Source: a virus
Taxonomy: Duplodnaviria > Caudoviricetes
Length of the DNA: 64,000 nt
Direction: 5' to 3' (one strand)
Virus record (IMG/VR): IMGVR_UViG_3300028797_000004
Of this stretch, positions 29,404-39,692 are shown piece after piece. The translations under genes and the position numbers were made by a program. Each line of letters starts with the position of its first letter. Position 1 is the stretch's first letter. The notes under the pieces are model-generated. The model was not told the DNA's origin and ran no database searches. It saw only the letters and a program-made list of their open reading frames with translations.

Positions 29404-30518
29404 TGAAATTTACAGTTTCAACTAAACCTCTTGTCGAGGGTCTGAACCTCGGCATACTTGACGCCAATGTGTCTAAGTTTTATGAGCGAAGCACAATGGT
29501 GCAGATCAGAGCCAGCAGAGAAGCTGGTCTTATCATCAATATCGAAGCAGCACAGATCAAGTCAAAGCTTGAGTTCAAAGGTGCTTGCGAAGGCGAGGGT
29601 GAAGCAATTGTCTTTGTAGACAGCTTACTCTTTAAGAAGCTTGTGTCTACGTTTGAAGCTTCTACAACTACACTTGAGCTGCTTGAGGACAGCTTGGTTC
29701 TCTATTCAGGTAAGTCAAAGTTTTCACTTCCGAAGGTTGTTGATGCTGATCTGAGACTGCCTGAGCCTGCTTCTGCTGAAGACGGTGCAACAGAAATCAA
29801 GAAAGATGCATGGAGATTTATCAAGGACTATCAGCTTTACGCATTAGGTATGTCGTTTATCGCACCTGTATACACAAAGGTATGGGTTGGTGAGTCTGGC
29901 GACGTACTCGCAGGTGATTTCCAGCTTAATCTTTTCACACACTCAAGTAAAGGTACACTGGGTCGTACTTGTTTGCTTACAGATACTATTATCAATCTGT
30001 TCAATGCGCTTCCTGATGGAGCTAAGCTCTATCCGCTTGAGAAGACATTTGTAATCAAGTATGTAGGTGATAGTTTCTCCTATACAACAGAATTTGAACC
30101 TAAGCATGAGTCGGATCCAGATATGGGCAGTTATCGAACCGATCTTATCATGCCTATGCTGGCTTCTAATGAGTCTGGCTATACTGTAAAAGTTGTAGCT
30201 ATTCAGAAGATACTCAGTCAGGCAGACCTTCTGTCTACAAGCACTGAAGAAACAGTATCTCTCATCTCTGAGAATAATCAGCTCAAGCTGGTTGGTGAGC
30301 ATGTAAACGCAGAGCTTGAAACTACAGGCACATCTGCTGATTATGAGCTTCCATTCAAGATTGTGGACTTGAAGTCTATCATGTCAAATTGTTCAGAAGA
30401 AAGCATTATCATTCGCCCTGCGTATAACATAGATGGTGATGATAAGCGACTCGTCGGCATTAATGTTGATAGTAACGCCCTCAAGGTAGTTATTTCAGCA
30501 GCTGAGGACGAGGAATGA
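29403..30518 (+). CDS. beta-type sliding clamp
   Basis: 371 aa, MKFTVS..L start, three-domain beta-clamp-like pattern (GEAIVF..LFKKLV..F...L...SGKSKFSLP); clamp-loader context. Confidence 0.75.
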   Translation: MKFTVSTKPLVEGLNLGILDANVSKFYERSTMVQIRASREAGLIINIEAAQIKSKLEFKGACEGEGEAIVFVDSLLFKKLVSTFEASTTTLELLEDSLVLYSGKSKFSLPKVVDADLRLPEPASAEDGATEIKKDAWRFIKDYQLYALGMSFIAPVYTKVWVGESGDVLAGDFQLNLFTHSSKGTLGRTCLLTDTIINLFNALPDGAKLYPLEKTFVIKYVGDSFSYTTEFEPKHESDPDMGSYRTDLIMPMLASNESGYTVKVVAIQKILSQADLLSTSTEETVSLISENNQLKLVGEHVNAELETTGTSADYELPFKIVDLKSIMSNCSEESIIIRPAYNIDGDDKRLVGINVDSNALKVVISAAEDEE

Positions 30519-31291
30519 GTAGCTTCCGACAAGTTGATTTCAGTAAGTTAGTTAGATTCAACTCTCTTGCAGCAAGCAAGCTGTATTCTCGTTATGAGAC
30601 ATTTGCGAAGGCAAAGGTGATCAAGAAATACGCTGAGCCGAAATCTCAGGTCTTTGTACCTTCAGGTATGCGGTGCAAGCGTAAATCTTGGTTCCGCCTA
30701 CGCGGTGTGCCCTGCGATACGCTTGAGAATCCTGATATGCAGCTAGAATTCACAGCTGAGGTAGGTACAGCGTGCCATCAGGTGTTGCAAGAAAATCTAT
30801 CTGAAATGCTTGGCGCTGACTGGCTGAGCGTTAGCGATTACCTAAGCCTGCATCCAATCCCATATAAGTATACCTTACAAGCAAACGGGTATGAGACTAA
30901 AGTCTCAATAGAATCTCCGCCTATGCATTTCGCATGTGATGGAATCATGAGACTTGATAATGTGATCTACTTACTTGAAATCAAAACATGTGATCATAAA
31001 GTATTTGAAGATCTCACTGATGTGAAGCAGATACACAAGGATCAAGCTAACGCATATGCTACAATGCTTCAGATACCTCGAGTGTTATTCATATATGAAT
31101 CACGCCTTACTGGTGAACGCAAGATATTTGAATACACAGTACCTGAAAGCATACAGCAAACTGTGCTTGATTCCATGACCGAAATACAGTACTACGCAGA
31201 AAATAACCTTGCACCTGAAAAGCTAATCACAGCATATAGTGATTACATGTGCAGGAACTGCGAATACCAAAAAAGATGTAAGGAGTGGTAA
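30515..31291 (+). CDS. Cas4-like PD-(D/E)XK exonuclease
   Basis: PS..C.RK.W, GTACH, CDG...LEIKT, QANAY, C-terminal CRNCEY...C. Confidence 0.85.
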   Translation: MSSFRQVDFSKLVRFNSLAASKLYSRYETFAKAKVIKKYAEPKSQVFVPSGMRCKRKSWFRLRGVPCDTLENPDMQLEFTAEVGTACHQVLQENLSEMLGADWLSVSDYLSLHPIPYKYTLQANGYETKVSIESPPMHFACDGIMRLDNVIYLLEIKTCDHKVFEDLTDVKQIHKDQANAYATMLQIPRVLFIYESRLTGERKIFEYTVPESIQQTVLDSMTEIQYYAENNLAPEKLITAYSDYMCRNCEYQKRCKEW

Positions 31292-31292
31292 C

Positions 31293-32309
31293 ATGTCCTT
31301 AGCAACTAAATACAGACCTAAGACTCTGTCTGAAATGGTGGAACAATCTCTAGTTGTTAACATCATTGAGAAGATGTGTGAGTCCGAATTAACCAATAGA
31401 AACTTCCTGTTTATTGGGCCTGCAGGCTGTGGAAAGACGACTATCTGTCGTGCTGTCGGCAATCAGCTTAATAGTAACACCGGTAATATCATTGAAGTAG
31501 ATGCAGCTACTTACAGCGGTGTTGAGAAAATTCGTGAGATCTTATCTCAAGCAAAAACATACCCGATTGGTAGTAAGTACAAGATCTTTATCATAGACGA
31601 GTGTCATGCGCTATCTTCACAATCTTGGCAGGCTATGCTCAAGGTACTAGAGGAGAGCCCTGCTATGTCTGTAATCATGCTGTGTACTACTAACCCTGAG
31701 AAGATTCCTGTTACTATCCTCTCTCGTGTACAGACATTTCAGCTATCTAAGATCAGCCTAGACGGTATCATCAACAGATTGAAGTATGTCATCGACTGTG
31801 AAAATAAGGAAGGTCGTCATATCACTTATACTGATGATGCTATTGCACTGATCGCTAAATTAGCTAATGGTGGTATGCGCGACAGTTTAACTAACCTAGA
31901 TCAGGTGCTTGCTTACAGTGAGGAGATTAATTCTGAATCTGTAGCTGCTGCACTGAACCTTCCGAGCTATGATGATTATTTCGCCATGCTTAGCGCAATC
32001 ACAAAGCATAACAACGAGAAAATCACAGACCTGGTAGACAAGGTGTATAACTCCGGTGTAAATTTTGTCAAATGGTTTGAAGGTTTCCATTCATTCGTTA
32101 TAAATATTGTAAAATATATCCAACTCAAGGATATATCAAGAACAATGATTCCTGCACATTATGTAGACAAAATCTCTAAATACACTGAAGCACATTCAGC
32201 TGTATGCTTACGATTATCTCAAGTACTGCTGAAGCTCGTACATGAGCTCAAAGGTACTAATTACCAGCAAGAGGTTGCACTTACATACTTGTGTGAGACG
32301 AAGAGGTGA
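31293..32309 (+). CDS. dnaX: clamp loader gamma/tau subunit
   Basis: SLATKYRP, GPAGCGKTT, EVDAA, IIDECHALS, LKVLEE, TILSR, GGMRDSL..LDQ. Confidence 0.9.
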   Translation: MSLATKYRPKTLSEMVEQSLVVNIIEKMCESELTNRNFLFIGPAGCGKTTICRAVGNQLNSNTGNIIEVDAATYSGVEKIREILSQAKTYPIGSKYKIFIIDECHALSSQSWQAMLKVLEESPAMSVIMLCTTNPEKIPVTILSRVQTFQLSKISLDGIINRLKYVIDCENKEGRHITYTDDAIALIAKLANGGMRDSLTNLDQVLAYSEEINSESVAAALNLPSYDDYFAMLSAITKHNNEKITDLVDKVYNSGVNFVKWFEGFHSFVINIVKYIQLKDISRTMIPAHYVDKISKYTEAHSAVCLRLSQVLLKLVHELKGTNYQQEVALTYLCETKR

Positions 32310-32812
32310 TACCTATGGATATGGATAAAGTATTTGCAGAAGTATCAGCAGACATCACATCAGTTGCTGACTGGTGCAACAGGCAGTATGATGAGAAATT
32401 CGCTAAGTACTTCAAAGAATCTCGTGAGCTGTTCCGCAAACTTGAAGACACTACTAAGCCAATCAGCGATGACGCACTTAACTGGATTCTGATTTCCTTA
32501 CCTATTAATCTGTTTGACGTGTCTGAAGCTCTCAATCAGTTCAGATTAAGTTATGAGGTAGTAAAGCTCAGGAATGCAGTTGACGCAGAAGCTATTTCTG
32601 CTGAAGCTCGTAAATCAGCTATGCTTGAGCGTAAGGTGCTTTCGTCAGCATTTTCATCTGTAATCACACGTGTAGAGAATGAGATTTCGTTCTCTCGTGA
32701 ACTTATCATGGGTGCTAAGAAGATATGGGACGGAAGACGTGCTACTGAGAACGTGATGCCTGTATCAGAATCTGCAGTAGATAAGCTCCCTAAGTATGTG
32801 AAGGGTGCGTGA
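32306..32812 (+). CDS. helical protein, possibly a UvsY-like recombination mediator
   Basis: Coiled-coil character; directly upstream of recA (function inferred from position only). Confidence 0.4.
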   Translation: MIPMDMDKVFAEVSADITSVADWCNRQYDEKFAKYFKESRELFRKLEDTTKPISDDALNWILISLPINLFDVSEALNQFRLSYEVVKLRNAVDAEAISAEARKSAMLERKVLSSAFSSVITRVENEISFSRELIMGAKKIWDGRRATENVMPVSESAVDKLPKYVKGA

Positions 32813-33971
32813 TACAGTGGGCATGATAGACGATATACTCAAGAAAAAAGCGCGTGAGTGGGATTGCCCTACGCTTATGTCAGGAGCAACAAACACTGAT
32901 GCACCTAAGATACCATTTTCGAGCCCTCTGCTCAACTGGGCTACATATGGTGGTATACCTCGTGGTAGAATCACCGAATTTGCTGGAGAGCCCGGATCTG
33001 GTAAGTCGACGACAAGCGTAGATATCTGCAAGAATGCCATCAAAGTGTTCGAAGCTGAATTTGAAGCAGAGTGTGATGCTCTTAGAAAGAAAGCTTCACA
33101 AGGTGATAAGACTGCTGCTAGTGCGCTTGAGGACCTCATGGATAGGGGACCTAAGCGTGTCATGTATATTGACATTGAGCATGGTTTTGATGCTGCTTGG
33201 AGCAGTACACTAGGTATTCAAGAAGACAAGATGCTTATCATGCAACCGCCTGATATTGATGCTGAGTCACTCTTACAGACAATAGAGGATCTAGTCTGCT
33301 CTGGTGAGCTTGGTCTATGTGTGCTTGACTCTATCCCTACGCTTGTAACTAAGGCAGAGCTTGAAAAGAAATATGGTGAAAGAACTGTAGCTTCACTTGC
33401 AGGCTTGATGACAGTATTCTGCAGGAAGATTGTATCGCTTCTAACTCGATATGATTCTACGCTGCTTCTAATCAATCAGACTCGTGATAACATGGACAAC
33501 CCATATGTTATCAGCACACCTGGTGGTAAAGCAATCAAGTTCTACTCTTCGCTTCGTATGCTGTTTAGGCTTGGTTCACCGCTTGACTTCTTAGGCAATG
33601 ATCTACCATCGAGCGCTGAGAACCCTGCAGGCTACAATGTTACTGTTAAGCTGCTGAAGCAGAAGACAGCACCATTTGACCGAAAGAATGCTAAGTATAT
33701 TCTGATGTGTCAGTCAGGTATTCGTCCTGATTTCGACTATGCAAAACTTGCTATTAATAATTACCACCTTATACAGAAAGGTGGAGCTTGGTTTACATTT
33801 CTTGATATCAAAACAAAACAACCGCTTGAAATCAATGGTAAACTTGCTAAAGTAAACGGTATGGCAAGAGTATATGAATTCCTACAGCAAAACCAGGAAT
33901 ATTTTCAGGAGCTGAAAGAATACATAGACGTAAACATAAAGGGCTCAGATATAGGTGATGAGTATGCCTGA
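32805..33971 (+). CDS. recA: RecA/UvsX recombinase
   Basis: GGIPRGRITE, GEPGSGKST, YIDIEH, VLDSI, INQTR, PGGKAIKFYSSLR, GAWF. Confidence 0.95.
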   Translation: MRDTVGMIDDILKKKAREWDCPTLMSGATNTDAPKIPFSSPLLNWATYGGIPRGRITEFAGEPGSGKSTTSVDICKNAIKVFEAEFEAECDALRKKASQGDKTAASALEDLMDRGPKRVMYIDIEHGFDAAWSSTLGIQEDKMLIMQPPDIDAESLLQTIEDLVCSGELGLCVLDSIPTLVTKAELEKKYGERTVASLAGLMTVFCRKIVSLLTRYDSTLLLINQTRDNMDNPYVISTPGGKAIKFYSSLRMLFRLGSPLDFLGNDLPSSAENPAGYNVTVKLLKQKTAPFDRKNAKYILMCQSGIRPDFDYAKLAINNYHLIQKGGAWFTFLDIKTKQPLEINGKLAKVNGMARVYEFLQQNQEYFQELKEYIDVNIKGSDIGDEYA

Positions 33972-34464
33972 TGCTACAAAAGTATATTCAGAACGTCAAG
34001 AATCAATGATCGCTCGATATCTCGGCTGGACTTTAGTTCCAGCCAGTGGAGCTCGAGATTTTGACAAGGGCGACATCAAATCTGATAACTTTCTTGCAGA
34101 ATGTAAGACTCACATAGCTCCGCAAGTAAGAATTTCATTCAGCCTATCAGTATGGAAGAAACTTACAGCTGAAGCAATGGCCAATTTCAAAACTCCTGTG
34201 TTGTTTACTGATGACGGAACACAACTGATTGAGCGAACTTGGGCTGTTGTTGATATCAGATCCTTGCCTTGTGCGCATGACGTGTATGTAATATCCGAGC
34301 CTAAGCTGCGGATAAACAAATCTACTGTATCTTTTGTTCCTGATAACATTTCAACACCACACAAACATTTCTTGATGATGTGTAAACACAGTGAACAGAA
34401 TGTAGGCTTCGCTATAATGCCATTAGCAACATTCAGACATATGTTTTTTGTGGGGGTGATGTGA
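33964..34464 (+). CDS. Holliday junction resolvase-like PD-(D/E)XK nuclease
   Basis: QE..IA..LG....ASGA....KGD....FLAECKT. Confidence 0.75.
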   Translation: MPDATKVYSERQESMIARYLGWTLVPASGARDFDKGDIKSDNFLAECKTHIAPQVRISFSLSVWKKLTAEAMANFKTPVLFTDDGTQLIERTWAVVDIRSLPCAHDVYVISEPKLRINKSTVSFVPDNISTPHKHFLMMCKHSEQNVGFAIMPLATFRHMFFVGVM

Positions 34465-35390
34465 TGGCTACCATACAAGAGGTTGGTAAAGCTATCCTTT
34501 CAAATACGCCTGATAAACTATATATTTTCGGTGGGCATGAATACGGCTTGAAGTGCAAGTACATTGATATGATGAAAGAGCACTATGGCTCAGCAGTAGA
34601 AGCTGAGTCTGCTGAGTCTGTATTCAAGCTGATGCAAGGTCGCAGGATTGTTCCACTTTCACCTGCACTTTACATAGTTCGATATGACGAAGAGTTTGTA
34701 CGAAACTTGAACGAGAAGCAAGCTGAGCAGCTAGAAAAGCTCAACATTGTTGGCACAATTGTTTGCTTGTATGAGGACGAGAAACAAGTGCAGAAATGTA
34801 TGAAGTTTCTCACGAAGTACACAGTTCGTATAGATCCTGTCAATCCAGCTTATGTTGTACAATATCTCATAAAGGACTACCCTTCACTTTCACAACCTGT
34901 CATTCAGAATGTAGTTAGCGTTACATCAGATTATAATCTCTGTAGATGTATCTGTAATTGCTTACAATATGCTTCACCTCAGTATCTGAGTAAAGCTACT
35001 CCTGCAGCTATTGCTAATGCTTTCGGCTATAAGGTCTCTAGTACAGAGGACAATATCAAACTTGCGCTTGCAGCAAGAGATTTCAACTGCTTAGTTACGC
35101 TTCTAGATCATTATGAAGATGACTTAGGTCTGCTTCTGTATACAGTCATGAGTACAATGCTTACGCTTGAGAAACTTATCGGTACAAAATACGGAGATGA
35201 TCCGCTGAGGCCGTATGTAAACCTCTGGAACGTAACCGATATTTATTTTATGTTCAACAATGCTTTTCTTCTGCTTCAGCAATCACGTAAGTATGCTGTT
35301 GACATGAAAGACCAGCTAACATATTTGTTCAGCTTAGTTCGTATTTCACCAGTACCTAACTTGGAGGTGTGGGCTAATGAAGTTTCTTGA
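34461..35390 (+). CDS. clamp loader delta-like (HolA-like) subunit
   Basis: N-terminal LYIFGGHEY resembles the HolA YllxGxE pattern; size and context fit. Confidence 0.55.
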   Translation: MMATIQEVGKAILSNTPDKLYIFGGHEYGLKCKYIDMMKEHYGSAVEAESAESVFKLMQGRRIVPLSPALYIVRYDEEFVRNLNEKQAEQLEKLNIVGTIVCLYEDEKQVQKCMKFLTKYTVRIDPVNPAYVVQYLIKDYPSLSQPVIQNVVSVTSDYNLCRCICNCLQYASPQYLSKATPAAIANAFGYKVSSTEDNIKLALAARDFNCLVTLLDHYEDDLGLLLYTVMSTMLTLEKLIGTKYGDDPLRPYVNLWNVTDIYFMFNNAFLLLQQSRKYAVDMKDQLTYLFSLVRISPVPNLEVWANEVS

Positions 35391-36165
35391 ATTTGATTGC
35401 CAAGCTGCTGTCAAGAAAGAGCTTCAGCAGCTTAAGAACTATGATAGACACAGCATCATGATTGAAGGATCTCAGGGTTCTGGCAAGACAACGCTTGCAA
35501 AATACTTTGCTGAATGTTTAAAGTGCAATGACTTTCAGATAGTTGCCCCTAAGGTGCAGGATCTCAGAGAGGCAATTGAAGAATGCTATCAGATATCTAC
35601 TCCTGTAGTAATCTGCATAGAAAATCTAGACCAAGGTGTTAAGAGCGCATCTTATACACTTCTGAAATTTCTAGAAGAGCCACTGCCTCATGTCTACATC
35701 ATTGTAACTTGTACGTCAGCACAGCGTGTCCCTGATACTATTGTAAGTAGAAGCACAGTGCTAACTATAGGGACAATTACTCGTGAAGACATACAGAAGT
35801 ATGCTGGTGATAAAAATTTTGAGTTGTATTTTCAGCTTGAGAAGAAATCAATCTGGAACATCGTTAGATCTTTTAAAGATGTAGACGAGCTGTTTGAGAT
35901 TGGCTCAGCAAAAGCGTTGTACCTTGAGAGCCTACCGTCTCTGCTTGCGAGCAATGACGCTGTAAGCAACCAGATGTGGAAGTTCCAGAAGTTTGAAGAT
36001 AACGAACCAATACCACTAGGCATTCTGATTCGTTATATCATGTATACAAATCCGAAGTATTGGGCAGTATGCTATCGCTGTTTACAAGAGCTTGCAGCGG
36101 GTCAGATAGCGCAGCACGCAGTACTGGCGAGATTCTTATTAGATTGTAAATATACAGTAAGGTGA
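35377..36165 (+). CDS. clamp loader delta'-like (HolB-like) subunit
   Basis: HSIMIEGSQGSGKTT, LLKFLEEP, PDTIVSR. Confidence 0.75.
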   Translation: MKFLEFDCQAAVKKELQQLKNYDRHSIMIEGSQGSGKTTLAKYFAECLKCNDFQIVAPKVQDLREAIEECYQISTPVVICIENLDQGVKSASYTLLKFLEEPLPHVYIIVTCTSAQRVPDTIVSRSTVLTIGTITREDIQKYAGDKNFELYFQLEKKSIWNIVRSFKDVDELFEIGSAKALYLESLPSLLASNDAVSNQMWKFQKFEDNEPIPLGILIRYIMYTNPKYWAVCYRCLQELAAGQIAQHAVLARFLLDCKYTVR

Positions 36166-36174
36166 GTGATAACA

Positions 36175-36531
36175 ATGAGAAGAGTACTTGATACTATTCA
36201 AAAACATAACAACTTGAACCAGGTTTACGCAGTTGACGAACCAGGTGCAGGTAATGCAAATCATACATACGAAGTCTGCACACAGGGTGATGAGGTAACT
36301 ACAATTCAGTTCCAGCATGGACCTAGACTTGAGCCTAACAGCACACTTGGTGTACTTGATGTAGACCTTCTTGAGATTGTCAGAGACCGACTCAAAGGCT
36401 TTCAGAGCGGAGAATTCTCAACTCGTGAAAATGCAATTGCATTGACACACATTGAAGAAGCTTTACTCTGGATGAATAAACGTGTTGAAGATCGAGCAGC
36501 TCGCGGCGTGCTCGGAACAAATAATAAGTGA
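36175..36531 (+). CDS. tad1: Tad1-family immune-signal sponge (anti-Thoeris/anti-CBASS)
   Basis: TIQK...LN.V...G.G.A.H.Y...IQFQ.G.R......[46 protein letters not shown] closely matches my recollection of Clostridium Tad1. Confidence 0.88.
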   Translation: MRRVLDTIQKHNNLNQVYAVDEPGAGNANHTYEVCTQGDEVTTIQFQHGPRLEPNSTLGVLDVDLLEIVRDRLKGFQSGEFSTRENAIALTHIEEALLWMNKRVEDRAARGVLGTNNK

Positions 36532-36542
36532 GGTAAACAGCT

Positions 36543-37037
36543 ATGGCAGAATTACACCAGAATCTGGAGGGCGTATCCCTTCTTGGTAATCAGAATACAA
36601 AGTATAAGTATGAGTATGACCCAAGCATACTTGAGAAATTTGAGAATAACCATCGCGATAGCGACGACATCGTTTCGCTTGATGCGTTTGAGTTTTGTTC
36701 AAGATGCCCAAAAACGGGACAGCCAGACTTTGCAACAATCTATATTTCATACATACCAGATCAGTATCTAGTTGAAAGCAAGTCTTTGAAATTATATCTG
36801 TTTTCATTCCAGCAGCATGGAGCTTTTCATGAAACTTGTGTGCATCAGATCATGCAAGATTTAGTGGAGTTCTTACAGCCTAGATATCTTGAGGTGTATG
36901 GCGACTTCAACTCACGCGGAGGCATAAGTATCCTTCCATATTCCGCATACGCAACAGAACAGTATAAAGATTTCAAGATGCTGCGTCAACTTGCTGTGAT
37001 GGACAAAGCAATCGGTCACACACCTAGAGCGCATTGA
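36543..37037 (+). CDS. queF: preQ0 reductase (unimodular QueF)
   Basis: [10 protein letters not shown], QueF motif [16 protein letters not shown]. Confidence 0.93.
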   Translation: MAELHQNLEGVSLLGNQNTKYKYEYDPSILEKFENNHRDSDDIVSLDAFEFCSRCPKTGQPDFATIYISYIPDQYLVESKSLKLYLFSFQQHGAFHETCVHQIMQDLVEFLQPRYLEVYGDFNSRGGISILPYSAYATEQYKDFKMLRQLAVMDKAIGHTPRAH

Positions 37038-37074
37038 AACAATATACTCATATTCCGCGAAAGGAGATAGCTAG

Positions 37075-38025
37075 ATGCGATATGTACTGTCTGGTAATTT
37101 AACTAAACAGATGGTTGAGTACCTTACACAGATGCCCAGATTTGAGCCGCTTGATGTGCTAGTATCTCAACTTGATAGAAGTTCTATCAAAGAGATGATA
37201 GAGCATCGAAAGAACGGCATAGTGAAGACACTGTTTATCGACTCCGGTGCATTTTCTGTGCATACAGGAAAAGCTAAAGTTGATATAGATGAATACATCG
37301 AGTATGTTAACGGCATAGACGAGTACATCGAGATGGTAGCTCAAGTAGATACAATTCCTGGTACATTCGGTAAGGCGAAGTCTGCTGAAGACTATGCGGA
37401 ATCGTCAAGAAAGTCTTGGGAGAATTTTCTGTATATGTACCATAAGATGAAATCTCCTGAGAAACTCGTACCCGTATTCCATTTCGGCGAGCCATTTTCT
37501 ACTCTGAAGAATATGCTTGACTGGCGAGACGAAAATGGAAAACCGCTTACATATGTTGGAATCAGTCCTGCGAATGATACTTCGCAGAACATCAAAAATC
37601 AGTATATGGGTGAGGTGGCAAGCTTCATTTCACAGTCAAACAATCCTGATGTAAGGGTGCATTACTTTGGAATGACAAGCCTTGATGCACTTTCTAAGTA
37701 CCCTGCATTCTCGGCAGATTCAGTTTCACATAGATTACAAGCTGCTTATAATAAAATTTTTACTCCTGATTTTGGTACAATTTCATTGTCAAGAAAGTCT
37801 AGATCCTCTAAAACTAAAAGTAATATGAGTTTTGTGGATGTAGCAGACGAGGCGGCGTTAAATAAATTGAAAGCTTATTTAGCCAGCTTGAATGTGACGC
37901 TTGAAGAGTGTCAAGAGAACCACAACGCAAGATCTGCGGTTTGTATTCGAGGCATATTGGATTGGGTGAAAGCTCACCCATATGACCCTAAGAATCGTGT
38001 TCGCAGCAGGAGGTTTCTCACATGA
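37075..38025 (+). CDS. dpdA: DNA 7-deazaguanine transglycosylase (TGT fold)
   Basis: [31 protein letters not shown]; lies between queF and queC. Confidence 0.8.
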   Translation: MRYVLSGNLTKQMVEYLTQMPRFEPLDVLVSQLDRSSIKEMIEHRKNGIVKTLFIDSGAFSVHTGKAKVDIDEYIEYVNGIDEYIEMVAQVDTIPGTFGKAKSAEDYAESSRKSWENFLYMYHKMKSPEKLVPVFHFGEPFSTLKNMLDWRDENGKPLTYVGISPANDTSQNIKNQYMGEVASFISQSNNPDVRVHYFGMTSLDALSKYPAFSADSVSHRLQAAYNKIFTPDFGTISLSRKSRSSKTKSNMSFVDVADEAALNKLKAYLASLNVTLEECQENHNARSAVCIRGILDWVKAHPYDPKNRVRSRRFLT

Positions 38026-38594
38026 TCGAGTGGAAACCTGTAGTTGGGTATGAAGGCTTGTATGAAGTATCAAATCAAGGCGATGTGAAAAGTTTAGCAA
38101 GGACTGTATTGACATCTTCAGGTAGACTTCGTAGCATTCGTGAATGCGTCAAACGCCATGATATAGACAAATTTGGATATCATAAGGTTGGGTTGAATCG
38201 GGACGGTAAAGAACGAACTGCGGCAGTTCATCGGCTTGTAGCGCAAGCATTCATACCTAATCCTGAAAACAAACCTCAAGTAAATCATATTGATGGTGAT
38301 AAATCAAATAACTGTGTGGAAAATCTAGAATGGGTCACTTCTAAAGAAAATATACGCCATGCAATTGCTACTGGATTGACAACCCAGACTCAATTGTTTG
38401 CTTCGCTTCATGCTGCGTCTTTAGCAAACTTTAAATCAGTTATCTGCATAGAAACTGGTGTTATATACGCTTCTAGAGCTGATGCAGCTGAAGCACTAGG
38501 TCTACCTAGAAACTCCACAGCCATATGGAATTCTATAAAGTATGGCTGGGCAGTTAACAAGAAGTTCCATTTCAAAGCATATAAGGAGGAATAA
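38022..38594 (+). CDS. free-standing NUMOD4-HNH homing endonuclease
   Basis: [22 protein letters not shown]; [13 protein letters not shown]...[17 protein letters not shown]. Confidence 0.92.
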   Translation: MIEWKPVVGYEGLYEVSNQGDVKSLARTVLTSSGRLRSIRECVKRHDIDKFGYHKVGLNRDGKERTAAVHRLVAQAFIPNPENKPQVNHIDGDKSNNCVENLEWVTSKENIRHAIATGLTTQTQLFASLHAASLANFKSVICIETGVIYASRADAAEALGLPRNSTAIWNSIKYGWAVNKKFHFKAYKEE

Positions 38595-38596
38595 TC

Positions 38597-39310
38597 ATGG
38601 ACGATTCAATCAAAGCTGTTGTTCTCGTGTCAGGCGGTGTGGACTCTGCTACTTGCCTCGGCATAGCTGTAGATAAGTATGGTGCTGAGAATGTAAAAGC
38701 TCTGGGTATTACATATGGTCAAAAGCATGAAATTGAACAAGAAAGTGCAGAGAAAATCTGCGCTTACTTTGGCGTAGAGCTCTACCACATAGATATTACT
38801 AACGTAATGCAATATAGCAACTGTGCATTGCTCAAGCAGAGTACAGAGGCGATCCCTGAGAAGTCTTATGCAGAGCAGATGGAAGAAAACGGCAGCGGTC
38901 GCGTTACTACATATGTACCTTACAGAAATGGTACAATGCTTTCAGTAGCAGCTGCTTTCGCTGATAGTGTATTTCCGAATCAAGCTGTTAAGCTCTTCTA
39001 CGGTGCCCATGCTGATGATGCAGCAGGTGAAGCTTACGCAGACTGCTCAGTAGCGTTTATCAAGGCGCAAGCAGCAGCTATCAAAATCGGCACATATGGA
39101 AACATAGAGCTTGAAGGCCCACTTGCAGAGATGAATAAGACTCAAGTAGTAGCTACAGGTCTTGCTCTTAAGAAGCCAGTACCTTATGAGCTGACTCATA
39201 GTTGCTACGAAGGTGTACCTGGTGGTTGTGGTAAGTGCGGCACATGTATTGACCGACTTGCAGCATTCAGAGCAAACGGACTCAACGACGACGGAACACT
39301 TAATAAGTGA
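38597..39310 (+). CDS. queC: 7-cyano-7-deazaguanine synthase
   Basis: SGGVDS, YGQKH..E, TYVPYRN, Y.DC, SCY...CGKCGTC..R. Confidence 0.95.
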   Translation: MDDSIKAVVLVSGGVDSATCLGIAVDKYGAENVKALGITYGQKHEIEQESAEKICAYFGVELYHIDITNVMQYSNCALLKQSTEAIPEKSYAEQMEENGSGRVTTYVPYRNGTMLSVAAAFADSVFPNQAVKLFYGAHADDAAGEAYADCSVAFIKAQAAAIKIGTYGNIELEGPLAEMNKTQVVATGLALKKPVPYELTHSCYEGVPGGCGKCGTCIDRLAAFRANGLNDDGTLNK

Positions 39311-39319
39311 GGTGGCATT

Positions 39320-39523
39320 ATGGCTGTAGAAAATAAACCTGCTTGTGGTCAGCACCCAACCAACAAAGTTCGTGAAACACTCACTGGCGATGCAGAATGC
39401 AACGCATATGATTACGAATATGATTGTGGTGCTGTTTACCATCAGAATTACATGGATGTAGTTGGTAATCGTGACCATGATTGCTTCTGGGACTGTTCAC
39501 GTTGTAAAAATAAACAGAATTAA
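39320..39523 (+). CDS. small Cys/His-rich protein
   Basis: GAGGTG RBS; six Cys. Confidence 0.6.
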   Translation: MAVENKPACGQHPTNKVRETLTGDAECNAYDYEYDCGAVYHQNYMDVVGNRDHDCFWDCSRCKNKQN

Positions 39524-39550
39524 CAGCTCAGCCCTGCTCTGCAGGGCTAT

Positions 39551-39633
39551 GCCTATGTGGTGAAACTGGCAGACACAGCGGACTCAAAATCCGCCTCGCA
39601 AGAGTGCAGGTTCGACTCCTGTCATAGGCACCA
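39551..39633 (+). tRNA. tRNA-Leu(CAA)
   Basis: GCCTATG/CATAGGC acceptor stem, GCGGA-CTCAAAA-TCCGC anticodon arm, long variable arm, GGTTCGACTCC, encoded CCA. Confidence 0.95.
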
Positions 39634-39692
39634 AAAGTCTACTTTCGCATACAACCTACAATAAATATGAAGATTTCCAAGGAGGTTTCAGT

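Noticed and set aside
30515-31291. CRISPR-Cas system suggested by the Cas4-like gene
   Set aside because: No repeat-spacer array or other cas genes seen; a solo Cas4-like nuclease in a recombination operon is common in phages
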